The position numbers were made by a program, and so were the translations under genes. Below are positions 23,240 to 35,757 of a stretch of DNA of 51,490 nucleotides, piece by piece. Numbering within the stretch: position 1 is the stretch's first letter; the number at the start of each line of letters is the position of its first letter. The notes beneath the pieces were generated by a model. That model saw nothing but the letters and a program-made list of their open reading frames with translations. It was not told where the DNA came from and did not search any database. This DNA comes from Girardia tigrina (taxonomy: Eukaryota), in assembly GCA_001938485.1 (NCBI GenBank), contig MQRK01255235.1, positions 1-51,490 on the forward strand. The letters run 5' to 3'.

Positions 23240-26200
23240 CATATTCACAACATTTCGGAAACAGTTTTAACGCTCCACTTACAAGAAGGGTGTTCTTTAA
23301 CCACAATACATATTCACTTTCTGTTCTTCTGACCTCATTTTTTCCATTAAAATTTAGTAATGACGGTTTTCTTCCATATTCTATTTCAAAGGGGATATAC
23401 GCCGTGGATTTCTGCGTTGCACATCGCAAACCGTGTTCTACAATCGTAAGAACTTCTGTCCAATCTTGTGTGTTATAGAATACATAGACGCATTTATCAT
23501 TTCTTTAGTTGTGCGAAAAATTCGTTCAATTAATCCATTTGATTGCTGATAATACGGTGAGCTTTGAGTTTGATTAATATTCATCGAAAAACAAAATGTT
23601 TTAAATTCAGCAGAAACAAAATAAGAACCATTATCTGAATGTATACTCTCTGGTTTCCCGCACTTTCATACCCATTGATCTAATAATAATTTTAATATAG
23701 ATTTGGAATCTATTGTTCTAAGAGGGATTAAAGCCATATATTTGGAAAAATAGTAGATTATTACTAAAATATAGTGAAATCGTTCTTTAGAAGTTTCGAA
23801 CGGTCCGCAGATATCCATTCCAATCACTTCAAATGGTCTGTTTGCTTCTATATGGGTAATTGGTGCTCTATTACGACCGTTTTTACATTTTAATCTAGCA
23901 CACGCTTCACACTTAGAAACAAAATCTTTTATATTGTGATCCATACTTGGCCAATAGAATTCATTTTTTAATGCAACTGTGGTTCTCTCTATACCTATAT
24001 GCCCCATACTTTTGTGAATTTTTGGAATAATAATATATCTATCAGACTTTGGAATAACTAGTCTGTAAATATCATTGTCTAGTAAATAAAGTAAGTCTCC
24101 TTGTAGTCTTAGATCTGATAAACGTGCAAATAGTTGTTTAAAACATTTATCTTCTTTAATTTCCATAGGTACTTCGGTTATGGTTATACTTTTTGTAATC
24201 ATTTTAATTATCCATACAATTACAACATCTTTAAATTGATTGTCATCATTTATAAATAATTTGTATATAGCTTTTTCATTGCTTGAATCACTTGAACTGT
24301 CTTCGAAAACTTTAACGTTTAGTCTTTTAAGTGGTTCTTTATAATTTAGAGTGCATTGTTCACAATAACCAAAGTTTGATAGAGCATCGGCATTCACATG
24401 ATCTTTTCCTTTCCGGTATTCTATTGTCATATCATATACTTCTAACTCTTACTTTCACACACAAAATTGCGACGTATTTGGACTGTCTCAGTTTAAGAAC
24501 CATTTTAAAGCTTCGTGGTCTGTTCTGACCGTAAAGTTATGACCTAATAATGTTTAAAATAATGTTTAAATTTCAAACAAAAACATACACTACCAGCAGT
24601 TCTTTTCCAGTAATACAATATTTATTTTGACTTTTAGTTAGGGTTTAGAAGCGTATGCCAGAACACGTACAGAACCATTTTGTATTTGCGATAATACTGC
24701 ACTAATTGAATTTTGTGACGCATCGGTATCCAGTATGTAATAAACGTTGGTTTTTGGAAGAGCTAAAACGGGTGGGGAGGATAAAGCATCTTTCCGTTTA
24801 TTAAGCGAATTAATTTTCTCCGCGTTCCACTGAAACTTTGAATCTGTCTTAGTAATCGAAGTGAGAAGTGTTGCAGACTTTGATTTATTTATTTTTTTTT
24901 ATGAGTTTTTTCTTATGCGTGTCCTTGTGTTTACATCAACAAGTGTAGTTTATTTCTTTTAATTTTATTTGTTATGTGATATTTCTTTTTGTCGGTATTG
25001 TGGTTGTTTATTTTTTTTTATTATTTTTTTTATTATTTGCTTTTTTTATTAATGTAAAAATGAATAAAATATTGCCTATGGCAATATTAAATATCAAAAA
25101 AAAACGATCAATAATAAATCGATCGCTATAAATAACAATTTAAAAAGAAATATCAGCAATCAAAGAAAGAATTTTAATCCTCTCTACTGATCCTGATTTC
25201 AATTTCCTAGAAATAGTTCGTTTACTCAGTCCGCCACCACTCCGACGACGACGACGATTTCATCCAGATCAATTTAATTGTCTTCATAGAAAGAAATACA
25301 GTCAATTATTTTATACGGTAATTTATTATCGTTGACACATCACCTCATTCNTTTTGACATTACTCTCAATCTTTTGCTCTCTTTGTGATTCACTAACATT
25401 AAACACCCTGTCATCCACCCTTTGTTGAGTTGTTATAAAGAATTATAATTTCATTATTTATTCATTTGGTGTCTTATTTCAAATCTTAATTCAAGCACTA
25501 TTTAAAATACGTTTGTTACGTAACCGAGTTGAGCAAAATACTTAGTTTTATCAGCTCGCTTCCGTAATAAGAGGTTCCGATAATACGGCATAATTTTTAA
25601 TGAATGTTCTATAATAGTTAAATAATCGTAGAAACGATGTAACTCCTTTATGCAATTCGGGATATGCCAATTTTTCAGGGTCCGTTTTCACCCCTTCCGC
25701 ATCTATTATGTGACCAAGATACCATACACTGGTTTTCAAAATGCAACATTTCTCAGAAGACAATTTAAGACCTGCTTCTTTTATCCTCTGAAGCAGTAAA
25801 CTTAATCGGTTATTGTGATCTTCTATTGTCCTTCCAAAAACGCCAGGACGTCATCCAAATTAATCAGACATGTTGACCAGTTTTCTTTTTGCATAATACG
25901 ATTCGTCATTTTTTGGAATGTAGCTAGAGCTGAACACAAACCGAATGGCATTCGGGTAAATTCGTATTGTCCGTATTTTGTTGTAAATGGCGTTTTCTTT
26001 ATATCTTCCTCTTTTATTGGGATTTGATAATATCCGCTTGATAAGTCTAGTGTATAAAAATATTTCGCTTCTCCTATCGCATCGAAAATTTCTTTGCTTG
26101 GTGGGATGGGATATATTGGACGTTCGTTCTTTGCATTTAATCCTCGGTAGTCAATACATAATCTTAAATCTCCATTTTTCTTTTTAACTATTACTAATGG

Positions 26201-27830
26201 GAAATTCCACAGAGAATTACTTTTCCTGATTATACCCGCCTCTTCTATGTCCTTTACTTTAGTATTTACAGCTTCTTCTAAACCTATTGGAATCCTTCGA
26301 GGTTTGAATGCAATTGGTTTTGCTTATCCTGTTTCCATGGAATATTCGATAATGTTTGTGACACCAACGTCTAAAGTATATTTGCTAAAAATTTCCATAT
26401 TCTGGCGAATTATCTCCATGGTAGCATTTTTAACCTTTATCGGTAAGTTATCCATATTTTGTCTAATAATTGAACATATATCAGTTACTTTGGATACTTC
26501 TCTTTCCTTTGATACTTGTAATTAACTAAAAATGCTTTTCTTGGTACTTTGTATCACTTCGTCTTTCCATTCTTCCACGTGCCCGAAAATAGATCCAGTA
26601 TGTAACATTTTGACACCTCCATCCGGTATATATATTCGAACCCATATAAATCCTTTATGTGCAGTAACTTAGGAATTACAAATTAATAAATCTTTCTCTG
26701 CTATTTTCAGTTTATCTCCAATAAATAATAAATCATCGGATATTAATAATTTCTGCATATTTTCATCTAACACAGCACCTTTCACAAAGAATTCTCGAGA
26801 ACCGGATAATTCTACATTATTATATAAAATCACGCGCTTAATTAAAAATGTCTGAGCTCTTTTTGCCCCTTCATCCGCATCCGAACCCTTAAATACGGTA
26901 GGAATTAGTTTAAAGTCGTCGCAACTTTGGTGGCTGAAACGAACGAAACAATAACATTTTGAATTTCGACAGAATCAATCTCTGGCTTGACACTTATACC
27001 ATAATTTTTCATGCTTCTCAATCCAATAAAAATATCTGGTGATATATCTGCCGTGATATCAAAAACATGTTTCGTTGCTATATGACCAAAATTTACCGAC
27101 AGTTAAATTTTTCCTTTGCAAATTACTATTTGACCGTTGGCACATCTGACTTTTGTTTCAGATGGGTATATCCTTATACCCGATTCTTCCGTTAAACGTT
27201 TTACAAGGTTGTCGTTTATCACGTTTAAATCAACTCAAGTGTCGAACAGAACATTTACTTTTCTGTTATCAATAGTACATTGAACAATGGGTTTGTTCAT
27301 TGTTGATGATTTGTTCATCAGTACCTCTTTGTATAGTTGCCTTTTAGGCTTTTTGGTCGTGTCATTGATGTAATCCACATACTGGTTGATTAAATCCCGT
27401 TTTTTTAGTTTAGATTTTGAAATTGCATTGAACTGCCTACTCTCTGATCTTGAAGAATGAGATGTCGAGTTTATGCTATAAGTATCCGATAGTTATTCTT
27501 CCTGCATCACTTTCACCGTCTTGAGTTTCGGACAGTGAGTTTTTTGTGATTTCCTCCGAATTCATACATATTATTGTTCTGTAAAATCTCTTAATATGCC
27601 CAGTTTTATAGTATTAGTAGCACTTAACGTTTTCGTATTTGTTCAAACAACTCTTTCACGTTGTTTATGTGGTCGGTTATTGATCTCTCCTTGCAATGAT
27701 GTCTCTCGAAGATGAATAGCTTTTCTTCTTTCTTCCTAAACATCAGTTCTTCCAAATACTTCTGAGCTGTAACGTTCGCTTCTGACGACATGTTGTATAT
27801 ATTTAATAAAGATAGAATCAATAAGAGTTG
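23240..27830 (-). mobile_element. Degenerate Ty3/gypsy retrotransposon (gag, protease, RT, RNase H, integrase)
   Basis: Integrase H...GH...CEAC zinc finger and GMDICGPF (23666-24430); RNase H LDTDAS (~24715-24740); RT RMPFGL, LDD and YLGH (25550-26400); protease VLFDT (~27245). Order PR-RT-RH-IN; many lesions. Confidence 0.93.
24869..25569. mobile_element. Solo LTR inserted in the RT-RNase H linker of the gypsy element
   Basis: TGTTGC...GTAATA termini, TSD agaag/agagg; removal restores the reading SEPL-TSITKTDSKFQW. Confidence 0.7.
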
Positions 27831-27949
27831 AACAAGATTAATATTTATTATATAACATATTATTTAAAGAAATTTAAATTGTTTTTACATAGTTTCAGTT
27901 TTTTTAATTTTTAAAATATATTATCATATATGATAATACAGCAGATTTT

Positions 27950-28260
27950 GAGATGATATTGAACGGAGATCATAGACAGTTCATAGCTCAGTGGAAAAGC
28001 TCAAAAGTGGTAACACGTTTCAAGGGAAATGATTCCAGATATTATTTGTATAATTATATATGGTCTTTTTGGAAGTAACTCGAAAGGTTTTTGAATTAAT
28101 TCTCGTTAATAGAATCATGCCAGTGATGGAAAAAAGACAAGATATATGGGGATTATGTTTTCAGTCGAAAAAAGTACTTTACAAGCCACATGTATACTCT
28201 GAAAGATACAAGAAGAAGGTAAATATAGAACCTGGAAGAGTTCTTGGTTTTATTTGAAAA
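27950..28260 (+). mobile_element. Non-LTR (LINE) reverse transcriptase fragment
   Basis: LEVTRKVFELILVNRI...Q...FQSKK resembles the RPISLLxxxxKxFExxxxxR...QxGF region of LINE RTs. Confidence 0.5.
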
Positions 28261-28319
28261 ATTTCAACATTTTTCTGTCGCAGTTTAATACACTCTACAC
28301 ATTCAAAAATTATTATAAA

Positions 28320-28466
28320 TCTTTTTAATTTAAAATTAAATTAAAATTATTTTTAATTAGTAGGAATCAAAGAAAATACCAATCATCCATCTGCGTAGGA
28401 GAGACACAAGCCGAATCAACATACAACATGCACAATATCAGCACACAATTCAAAACATTCCTCACA
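28320..28466 (-). mobile_element. LTR 5' portion (family D)
   Basis: Begins TGTGAGGAAT on the minus strand; shared with 38600-38739. Confidence 0.6.
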
Positions 28467-30319
28467 AGTTAAAAATATAGAATTTTTATAGTTTTTGATA
28501 TTATTTCAATTTTCCATTAGTTATCTGTATAAATCATAATCTATTCAGTTCACAGGATTTCCATATATAATTATATTTTCGACATCATTTCAAATCGGGG
28601 TAAAACCATTTGAAATTAAATCATTTGGTAGCCGAAAGTAGGATGACTTCTATGAACTGAGCCTCTTAAATCAGCTAATATAATAATCAACTGATTCCTT
28701 TGTAAATAAATTATTAACTTGATGTTTGTTAATTTAAATAGTACCATACCCTGCGAACGTTGAGATAGCCTATCAGATATTAAGTCTGTTATAAGTTCTG
28801 TAACCCGAAGGCGCTCATGATCCTGCATTGCTTGCAGATGAAGAAGACAATTGAAATGTCCTTCACAGTAGCATTTGAAGACTATGAAGCTAGTGAGGAA
28901 AATAAAATAGATAAGATGATCGTCATCATTGATGACTGGGGACTCACAGTCAACAGTGTGAATAGTTAAAACTGTGAAATATTGAGTTTTTCCTTTAAAC
29001 ATTATATTTTAGTAAGGGAACGTACGCTTATTGTGTAACTTTTTAGGGGAGAGGAGGTCAGAGATTTAGTTACAGTTTATTACGATGGGCATGTGGGTGC
29101 TAAAGGTTATTAGGTAACAAATAAAATCTATTTTCTATTATTATTCTAAATTTCATTCCGCCTTAAAAAAATTTCTTTCCATAAAATTCACTCTTTCAGA
29201 ATATATTTTGTTAAATCTACATATGCAAATTAAGTAGTAAAGTAGAATGGTTTTGCAAATAAACAATGCTGAGCAGTGAATTATATCAACTTCGGTAAAC
29301 CGAAAATGCAAAACAATCGTTTAAAACCATTTTATTTCTTCTAAGGTATCTTAAAAAAAACGATATTTAAAAATATAAATAGATCCAAATAAAAATATGA
29401 ATACTCGAAAAAAATTTAGAATACAAGATACATGAATTTTAGATTTGCTGGAAAAGCATTATGCGAAGTTTCCTCAAATGCCATCATTGATTCTTAAGAA
29501 GCCGTTGTTGAATTTATCGATCGCTATTGCTCTGAGTTCGAATCAAGTAATTTAATTCATATATCAGAAATTAGGATTACTCAACACGTTTGATCAACTC
29601 AATACATGACATAAATTGTAAAATGTTTAGACAAGGATTGCTCTGGAACCATTCAGAGTAAATTTTATAAAATTAGAAATTCAAGATTTTTGCTAGTCTT
29701 AATCCCTCGACATTATACTCTAATGATTGAAATGGAATCTATGAATATCAACAAATTGAAATATATTTCCTTATTTCAAAGCCTTCGTCTTGCATTCCCA
29801 GAATCACCATGTGACCAATTTGTCATAATGTCATTGACAAAGTTCAAACATGAACGTGTAAGAATTGCAAAACATATTTTGCATTCCTCACTTTATTAAG
29901 CAATCATTAAAAATTCAAACCCGAGAAGTGATTTATCCTATTACAAAGACTTGGCCAAAACGCGTGCTGATTCAGCGTGAGCGAGAATTTATGGTCATTA
30001 CGGACGAATCATCAGGATTAGAGACATTCGAATGGGTAGAGATGGATAATGTGATAGTAGATTCAACATTAAATTTCGATAAATCATCCGTGGAATCTAT
30101 ACCAGTTTTTGACAAAAGCAGCTCTTAAACCCTTGGGAAAAGGAATAAATGATCTTCCAAAAAATATTTATTTTTGAAAGTTTTTTGATTTTTAAAATTG
30201 TTCGGTAGTTTGTCCATTCTACTTGTAAAATAAGATGATTTTTTCGATTTACAAAAAAAACTATATTATTCAAACAAATTAGATGATCCAATTAATTACA
30301 CTCACTCAGGATCTCCAGA

Positions 30320-30580
30320 TAAAATCACATAATCTTCCAGATACTGAGGTGGTTTCGTACCCGCACCGGTCGTTCAGCGGAATCTGTAGCTACCTCTTGC
30401 GTTGTCGATCCACTCATTTCGTCTTCACTCTCTGAAATATGAACATCCAATAACATAAGTTTTCGACTGTCCACTACTCTCCTGATGTGGGATATATGTC
30501 TCGTGATTCCATCGTCGTCCAGCTCCACCCCAACTGCAGACTTCAACGATGTAATTACATGCGGCCCCGCCCAGCATTAT
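30320..30580 (-). mobile_element. Gypsy integrase C-terminal fragment
   Basis: WAGPHVITSLKSAVGVELDDDGITRHISHIRRV...RPVRVR. Confidence 0.55.
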
Positions 30581-30723
30581 ATCTTTTGTGAACAAAATTT
30601 ATGTAGCATAACTCTCAAGCTTTACTCAATATTTCCCAATTGAAAACTTCTATAGTTAATACAATTTACTTATTGAGTTCAAACTTTTAAAACTAGACAA
30701 AAATTTAAAATTTGCTCGCAACC

Positions 30724-31608
30724 TGTGAGGAATATTTTAAATTGTTTGAATGTGTAAATGTATTTATGAGGGGTTAATTTAAATTTTTATCTCGCCAGAA
30801 TAATTTATTATTTTTTTAAAGGGTAAAATATTTTAATGTTAATATGCTTATTCAATATTTTAAAATTAAAAATGATATAATAAAACAACTATTAAAAAAT
30901 CAAATACGTATTTAAAAATAAAATATGTTTTTAATGTGTTTTTTAAATATTTTGAAAAAAAATTAAAAATGATATAATAAAAGAAAATCATAAAAAATCA
31001 AATATCTATTTAAAAATAAAAAATATCTTTTTAACCCTACAATGCGCCGTGATTCATATTTGAATCAACCATATTTTACCTCAATATCTTTTAATCGCGT
31101 GATATTCTTTGAGTGTTTACATACTGTGAACCAAAAACATTGTCTATGGAATGATAACTGCCCATAAAGTCATAGATGCAATATATTTTGTCAACAAAAA
31201 TGACAGTTCAGTTTGATTTTTCAGTTTTTTTTCTTATGATAATTAAAAAAATTGCGCATTGTAGGGTTAATGTATCTATTAAATATCTTAAAATTAAAAA
31301 TGATAAGAAAATCATTAAATATTAAATATTTATTTATAATTAAAAATATTTTTATTGTCAAAACAATTTATATATTTTAATAGAAGTATTGAGCAATTTA
31401 AATAAATTTTTAGTTTTAATGTGAAATGTATTTAATAAATTTGCAAGATTTTAAAAATTGGATAGAAACGAATTTAATAGATTAATTTGTGGCGGGATAA
31501 TTAAATTAACAGAAAAATTTGTTTTAATTAAGTGAATTGTTGTTATATAAATAAAGTTTGGTGTTAAAAAAATGAATTCGGATATTGATGTTGCAACCAC
31601 CTCTCATA
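30724..31608 (+). mobile_element. LTR, family B (same family as the 5' LTR of the 6.9-kb gypsy)
   Basis: TGTGAGG...CTCATA; segments 30781-30805 and 31561-31606 match 6902-6977. Confidence 0.75.
31035..31266. mobile_element. piggyBac-like MITE (TTAA TSD)
   Basis: TTAA|ccctacaatgcgc ... gcgcattgtaggg|TTAA, perfect 13-bp TIR. Confidence 0.85.
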
Positions 31609-32836
31609 GTATTGATTCTGTATGTTGATTTAAGTATGTTGAACTTAGAATGGTGATTCTCCCACCCAGATGGAAATTGGTATTTTTTTATTAAATTTAA
31701 AGTGATCGACTATTCGAACATAATTAAAATAATCATTTGATAAGTTTATATTTTTTTAATTTAACATTTAAAATTAAGTTTAATATTTTTTAATAAAATC
31801 TAAATTAAATGCATCTTTAATAATTTGATGACATTTTTATTATTTTATGTTTCATTAAGAAATGGTTAAAATTATTATTTTTAATTAATATTTTTGTAAA
31901 AGTTAAATATTTTAAAAAATGACTTAGAAAAATTGTTCGAATAATCATAATTAAAAATAGAAATAAGAAAACCAAGTAGAATGATGACAAACGATGAAAG
32001 ACCTTCTGCGAGTTGTAATGAATCTAAATGTGATTGTAATAAAATTCAAATGAGACTTGTCTCAATGTTCTTTATCGAAAAAATGGAAAGATTAATCTAA
32101 TATTGCTTCAAAAACCTCAATTTTGGCCTAATTAAAAATATTTAGATAGGTAAGAGAGTTTTTACATTTGCCAAAAAGCGGATAATAAACAAATACGTTA
32201 TACATCACACTTTGTGTAAGTTTTTGTTCTACTTTTATGATATTAAAATTTTAAAATAGCTTTTATTGTTGTGCAATAAGCGAAAAATCCCTAATTTCCT
32301 TGTAAGTTAGCAAAAGACACCAAACTGAATACCATCTTATCATTCATTGTAAATCAAGTTCATTATGCCTAAACATTCTTCACCAACTAAACGCAACTCA
32401 ACAATATCATGACATAGAATAGAAAAATCAACCTTTTGAACTTTTACTCGAAAACACAAGGGTCTAACAAATTGATCAATTATATATATATATATATATA
32501 TTTAATTTTTTTTATTAAACAGTATGATAAAAAATAAAATAAATCTTTATATATGTATATATTTAGAAAATTATTTTGATAATTGCAATTAAAGAATTGA
32601 ATTGTGAATTTTCTGGAAAAAAATTGAAGGTGTGATTTGCTTGAATAATATAATTGTAAATAGTGAATTTTTGAATATTGATCAAATAAAAAATTTCCAG
32701 TTGTTTATTGGTTTTTTTTTGATTTAAAGAATTCGTTCTAATTATTCTAACTATTATTCGTAATTATTGATTATCGGCAAATGAATATTTCTCGACTCAA
32801 CAAACCCGAACTTATTATGGAACAAAATAAAATCTA

Positions 32837-33317
32837 ATGATCACCGATGTTCGGTATTGCGATTGCGACTACAAAAAAACCCAACGAACGATTCTATCGC
32901 TTTAGTCTCAATCAATTTGATAAATCGTTGAAATATTTCCAATTAAAACACGGGAAATCCATTTTTCAACTCGGCGATTTGGTTGACGGTCGATGCAAAG
33001 GATATCGAGGTTTTGATTCGGCAAAGGCACTGATTGAAGTGCGATTCAGCAACCATCGATTCGTCACGTTTCATATGATCGGGAATCGCGAGAAATCGTT
33101 GAGGAAATTTCGATCGAAGACGGAGATGAATAATCGATCGAATTGGAATTGTTATCGAGAGGATTTGTCGGAGAAAGTGTCGGTGATTGTGATTGATTCA
33201 TATGAGACTCATGTGCTCAATCAATGGAAGATCGAACAGTTAAATAAAGATAAAATAATAATTGATGGCGATCAGTCTATAGTTTTAACAATCGACGGTG
33301 CGATTAAAACGAATTAA
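32837..33317 (+). pseudogene. ADPRM-like (Mn-dependent ADP-ribose/CDP-alcohol diphosphatase) metallophosphoesterase, frameshifted and truncated
   Basis: MITDVRYCDCD (motif I) in one frame; shift at the A7 run ~32873-32879 to RFYRFSL...FQLGDLVDG...HMIGNRE; C-terminal metal-binding motifs not found. Confidence 0.7.
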
Positions 33318-33547
33318 TGTCACAGAATTGAAAGTGATTTGATGATTGACAATTTACACGAAGATGCTTGGATAGCCGAGTTAATTCGAGCCGAAATACA
33401 AGGGTGCCTCAAAACCCGAAGGTTCACTTTATCCTGGGTCTGATCAAAACCATGGAATGACTGTTTAACTTAAATTAAATAAAATAGCATCATTTAAAAA
33501 CTATTTACCAATAATAATTAAACTAATTTATATCTGTAGTGACAAAC

Positions 33548-33594
<47 letters not shown>

Positions 33595-33596
<2 letters not shown>

Positions 33597-33915
33597 GGGT
33601 TTTCTTAAGGTTTCCACCTTGGTGTAACCTAAAAAATTGTGGGTGTACAGTAAAAATATTTATTTTTACTCAAAAATTGTTACATCACACATACACACTG
33701 GATTTAAAAGGTTAAGAACAAAATAATGTCTTACACTTTTCAAATAAATATACAATAATAAATGACCTTGTGGAGGAGCGGGTATGTGCGAGAGAGAGTG
33801 GGTGGAATAACAGTGTGTGTATTTTTTAATTTTTACTTATAAATAGTCACACTTTTGGGTGTATATCTATAAAATTTGGGTGTACATTGTACACCTCAAA
33901 TGTCCTTAAAAACGC

Positions 33916-33917
<2 letters not shown>
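33595..33917. mobile_element. Degenerate MITE between (TA)n tracts
   Basis: Imperfect TIRs tagggttttcttaagg / ccttaaaaacgctg; internal tgggtgtac repeats. Confidence 0.45.
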
Positions 33918-33955
<38 letters not shown>

Positions 33956-34253
33956 GAAAAATATCGATAAAGTTATCGATTGAAATATGCAACTTATTGC
34001 AAAAAAACTCCGATTGCAACAAGCTCAATTTCTTTCCGTCATCCTTGTTTGTTAATTCGTGGAAAAATCCACCGACCTAGATACTCGTCATTCCCTGTCA
34101 ATCGTAGTCTTATTCCAATAAAAACATAAACAATTTTACAACAACATTTTCTATCTCAAGTATCGGTCTTTGTCAAATCTCGAATGCGATCTAAACAGTT
34201 TTCCCGTATATTATGATCGAACCATTGCTCAAATTATGGGGACTTTATATCTA

Positions 34254-34816
34254 ACGGATAACATGAAATAGTAGGACACCTACTATTTTAATAGTAGGTG
34301 GAAAAAAAATTGAAAAGGCGCCCAATATTGGTTTACACCTACTATTTGGTGCTCTTTCCGATATGAATGTTCTTGTTACTTTAATTTTCATAATTCTAAG
34401 TTCGATTACTTCATCAGCAATAATTTCTTCAAGCACACCTAAAGATGTTTTCCTACCTGCACCCGATATNNNNNNNNNNNNNNNNNNNNNNNNNNNNNNN
34501 NNNNNNNNNNNNNNNNNNNNNNNNNNNNNNNNNNNNNNNNNNNNNNNNNNNNNNNNNNNNNNNNNNNNNNNNNNNNNNNNNNNNNNNNNNNNNNNNNNNN
34601 NNNNNNNNNNNNNNNNNNNNNNNNNNNNNNNNNNNNNNNNNNNNNNNNNNNNNNNNNNNNNNNNNNNNNNNNNNNNNNNNNNNNNNNNNNNNNNNNNNNN
34701 NNTTATAAATTGCTTTAAAAACGATACACCTACTATTTTAATAGTAGGTGGAAAATTTTTTGAAAACTTCATTACACCTACTATTTCATGTCCACCTACT
34801 ATTTGATGTTATCCGT
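34254..34816. mobile_element. TIR DNA transposon or MITE, gapped
   Basis: TIR acggataacatgaaatagtagg / cctactatttgatgttatccgt flanked by TA; subterminal acacctactatt repeats. Confidence 0.7.
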
Positions 34817-35757
34817 TAATTCCATTTTTCATGATATTGATGTCAGTTTATTATATTATAATATATTTTCGTTAAATTAACATTTATTTTTTATATTTTT
34901 ATTTATTAAAATATTTCGTTAACAGAGTTCATTGCAACATGCGTTTCAGTAAGCTCTTTTAAAACATCTAGAAATAATAATAACAAAGTAATAACTAGAA
35001 TAATAAGACTAAACAAGTCATAAAATAATAGCCAAGTAAAAACGAAAAATTATAACCAAAATTTTATTCAAGATTATAAAATGAAACACCATTGAAACAA
35101 ATGATCTCAACCATTCAGCAGCAAACAGAATACGTTGTTCGCATATCGATCTGCTTGCTCAGTTTAACAATTTGTTCTGCACTAGTTGTTAACTACAGAT
35201 CCCTGCTTGTTAACTGTGTTCTCGTCATTGTGTGACTCACACAGTTACTTAAGATTTCAGTCAATAAACGTCGTCTACTTTGCTCAGGTCCAAGGAATCA
35301 ACGGAGATTTATTGTCGGATTTTTGGCCGACTATTACATGATTATTGTAGTTGAAAATTAATTTTCAAAATGTGTCTTCAAAATGAGTGTGTTTGTTTAT
35401 AAATAAAATAATTTTTCAGAAAATAAAAGATTATAACATTTTTATAAATTAACTTACAAATGAAATTATTAGAATTTTCAAATTCTTTCATTTTTATAAT
35501 TTGTGTTCTGATTGTGATGAAAATTGTTTTCTAAATAACTTATTTCGTCTTTTTAGAGATTGTAAAAACATGAACCCTTTCGAGATTTTTTAAAATTTAT
35601 TCATATCTAAATAATCATTCAAAAACAAAAAATAAATCAGAGTAACTTATTTTTAAAAAAAACTCTAAAACAAAAAATTTCACACTTGTTTAAATAATCA
35701 TTCAAAATTGAATGAAATTCAAAAATCATTTTAATTCAATAAAATATTATTTCAATA

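Noticed and set aside
28616-30128. Several short ORFs and coding-like patches (also 780-1450 and 47280-47660)
   Set aside because: Probably decayed TE or gene fragments, but I could not identify a motif with confidence.
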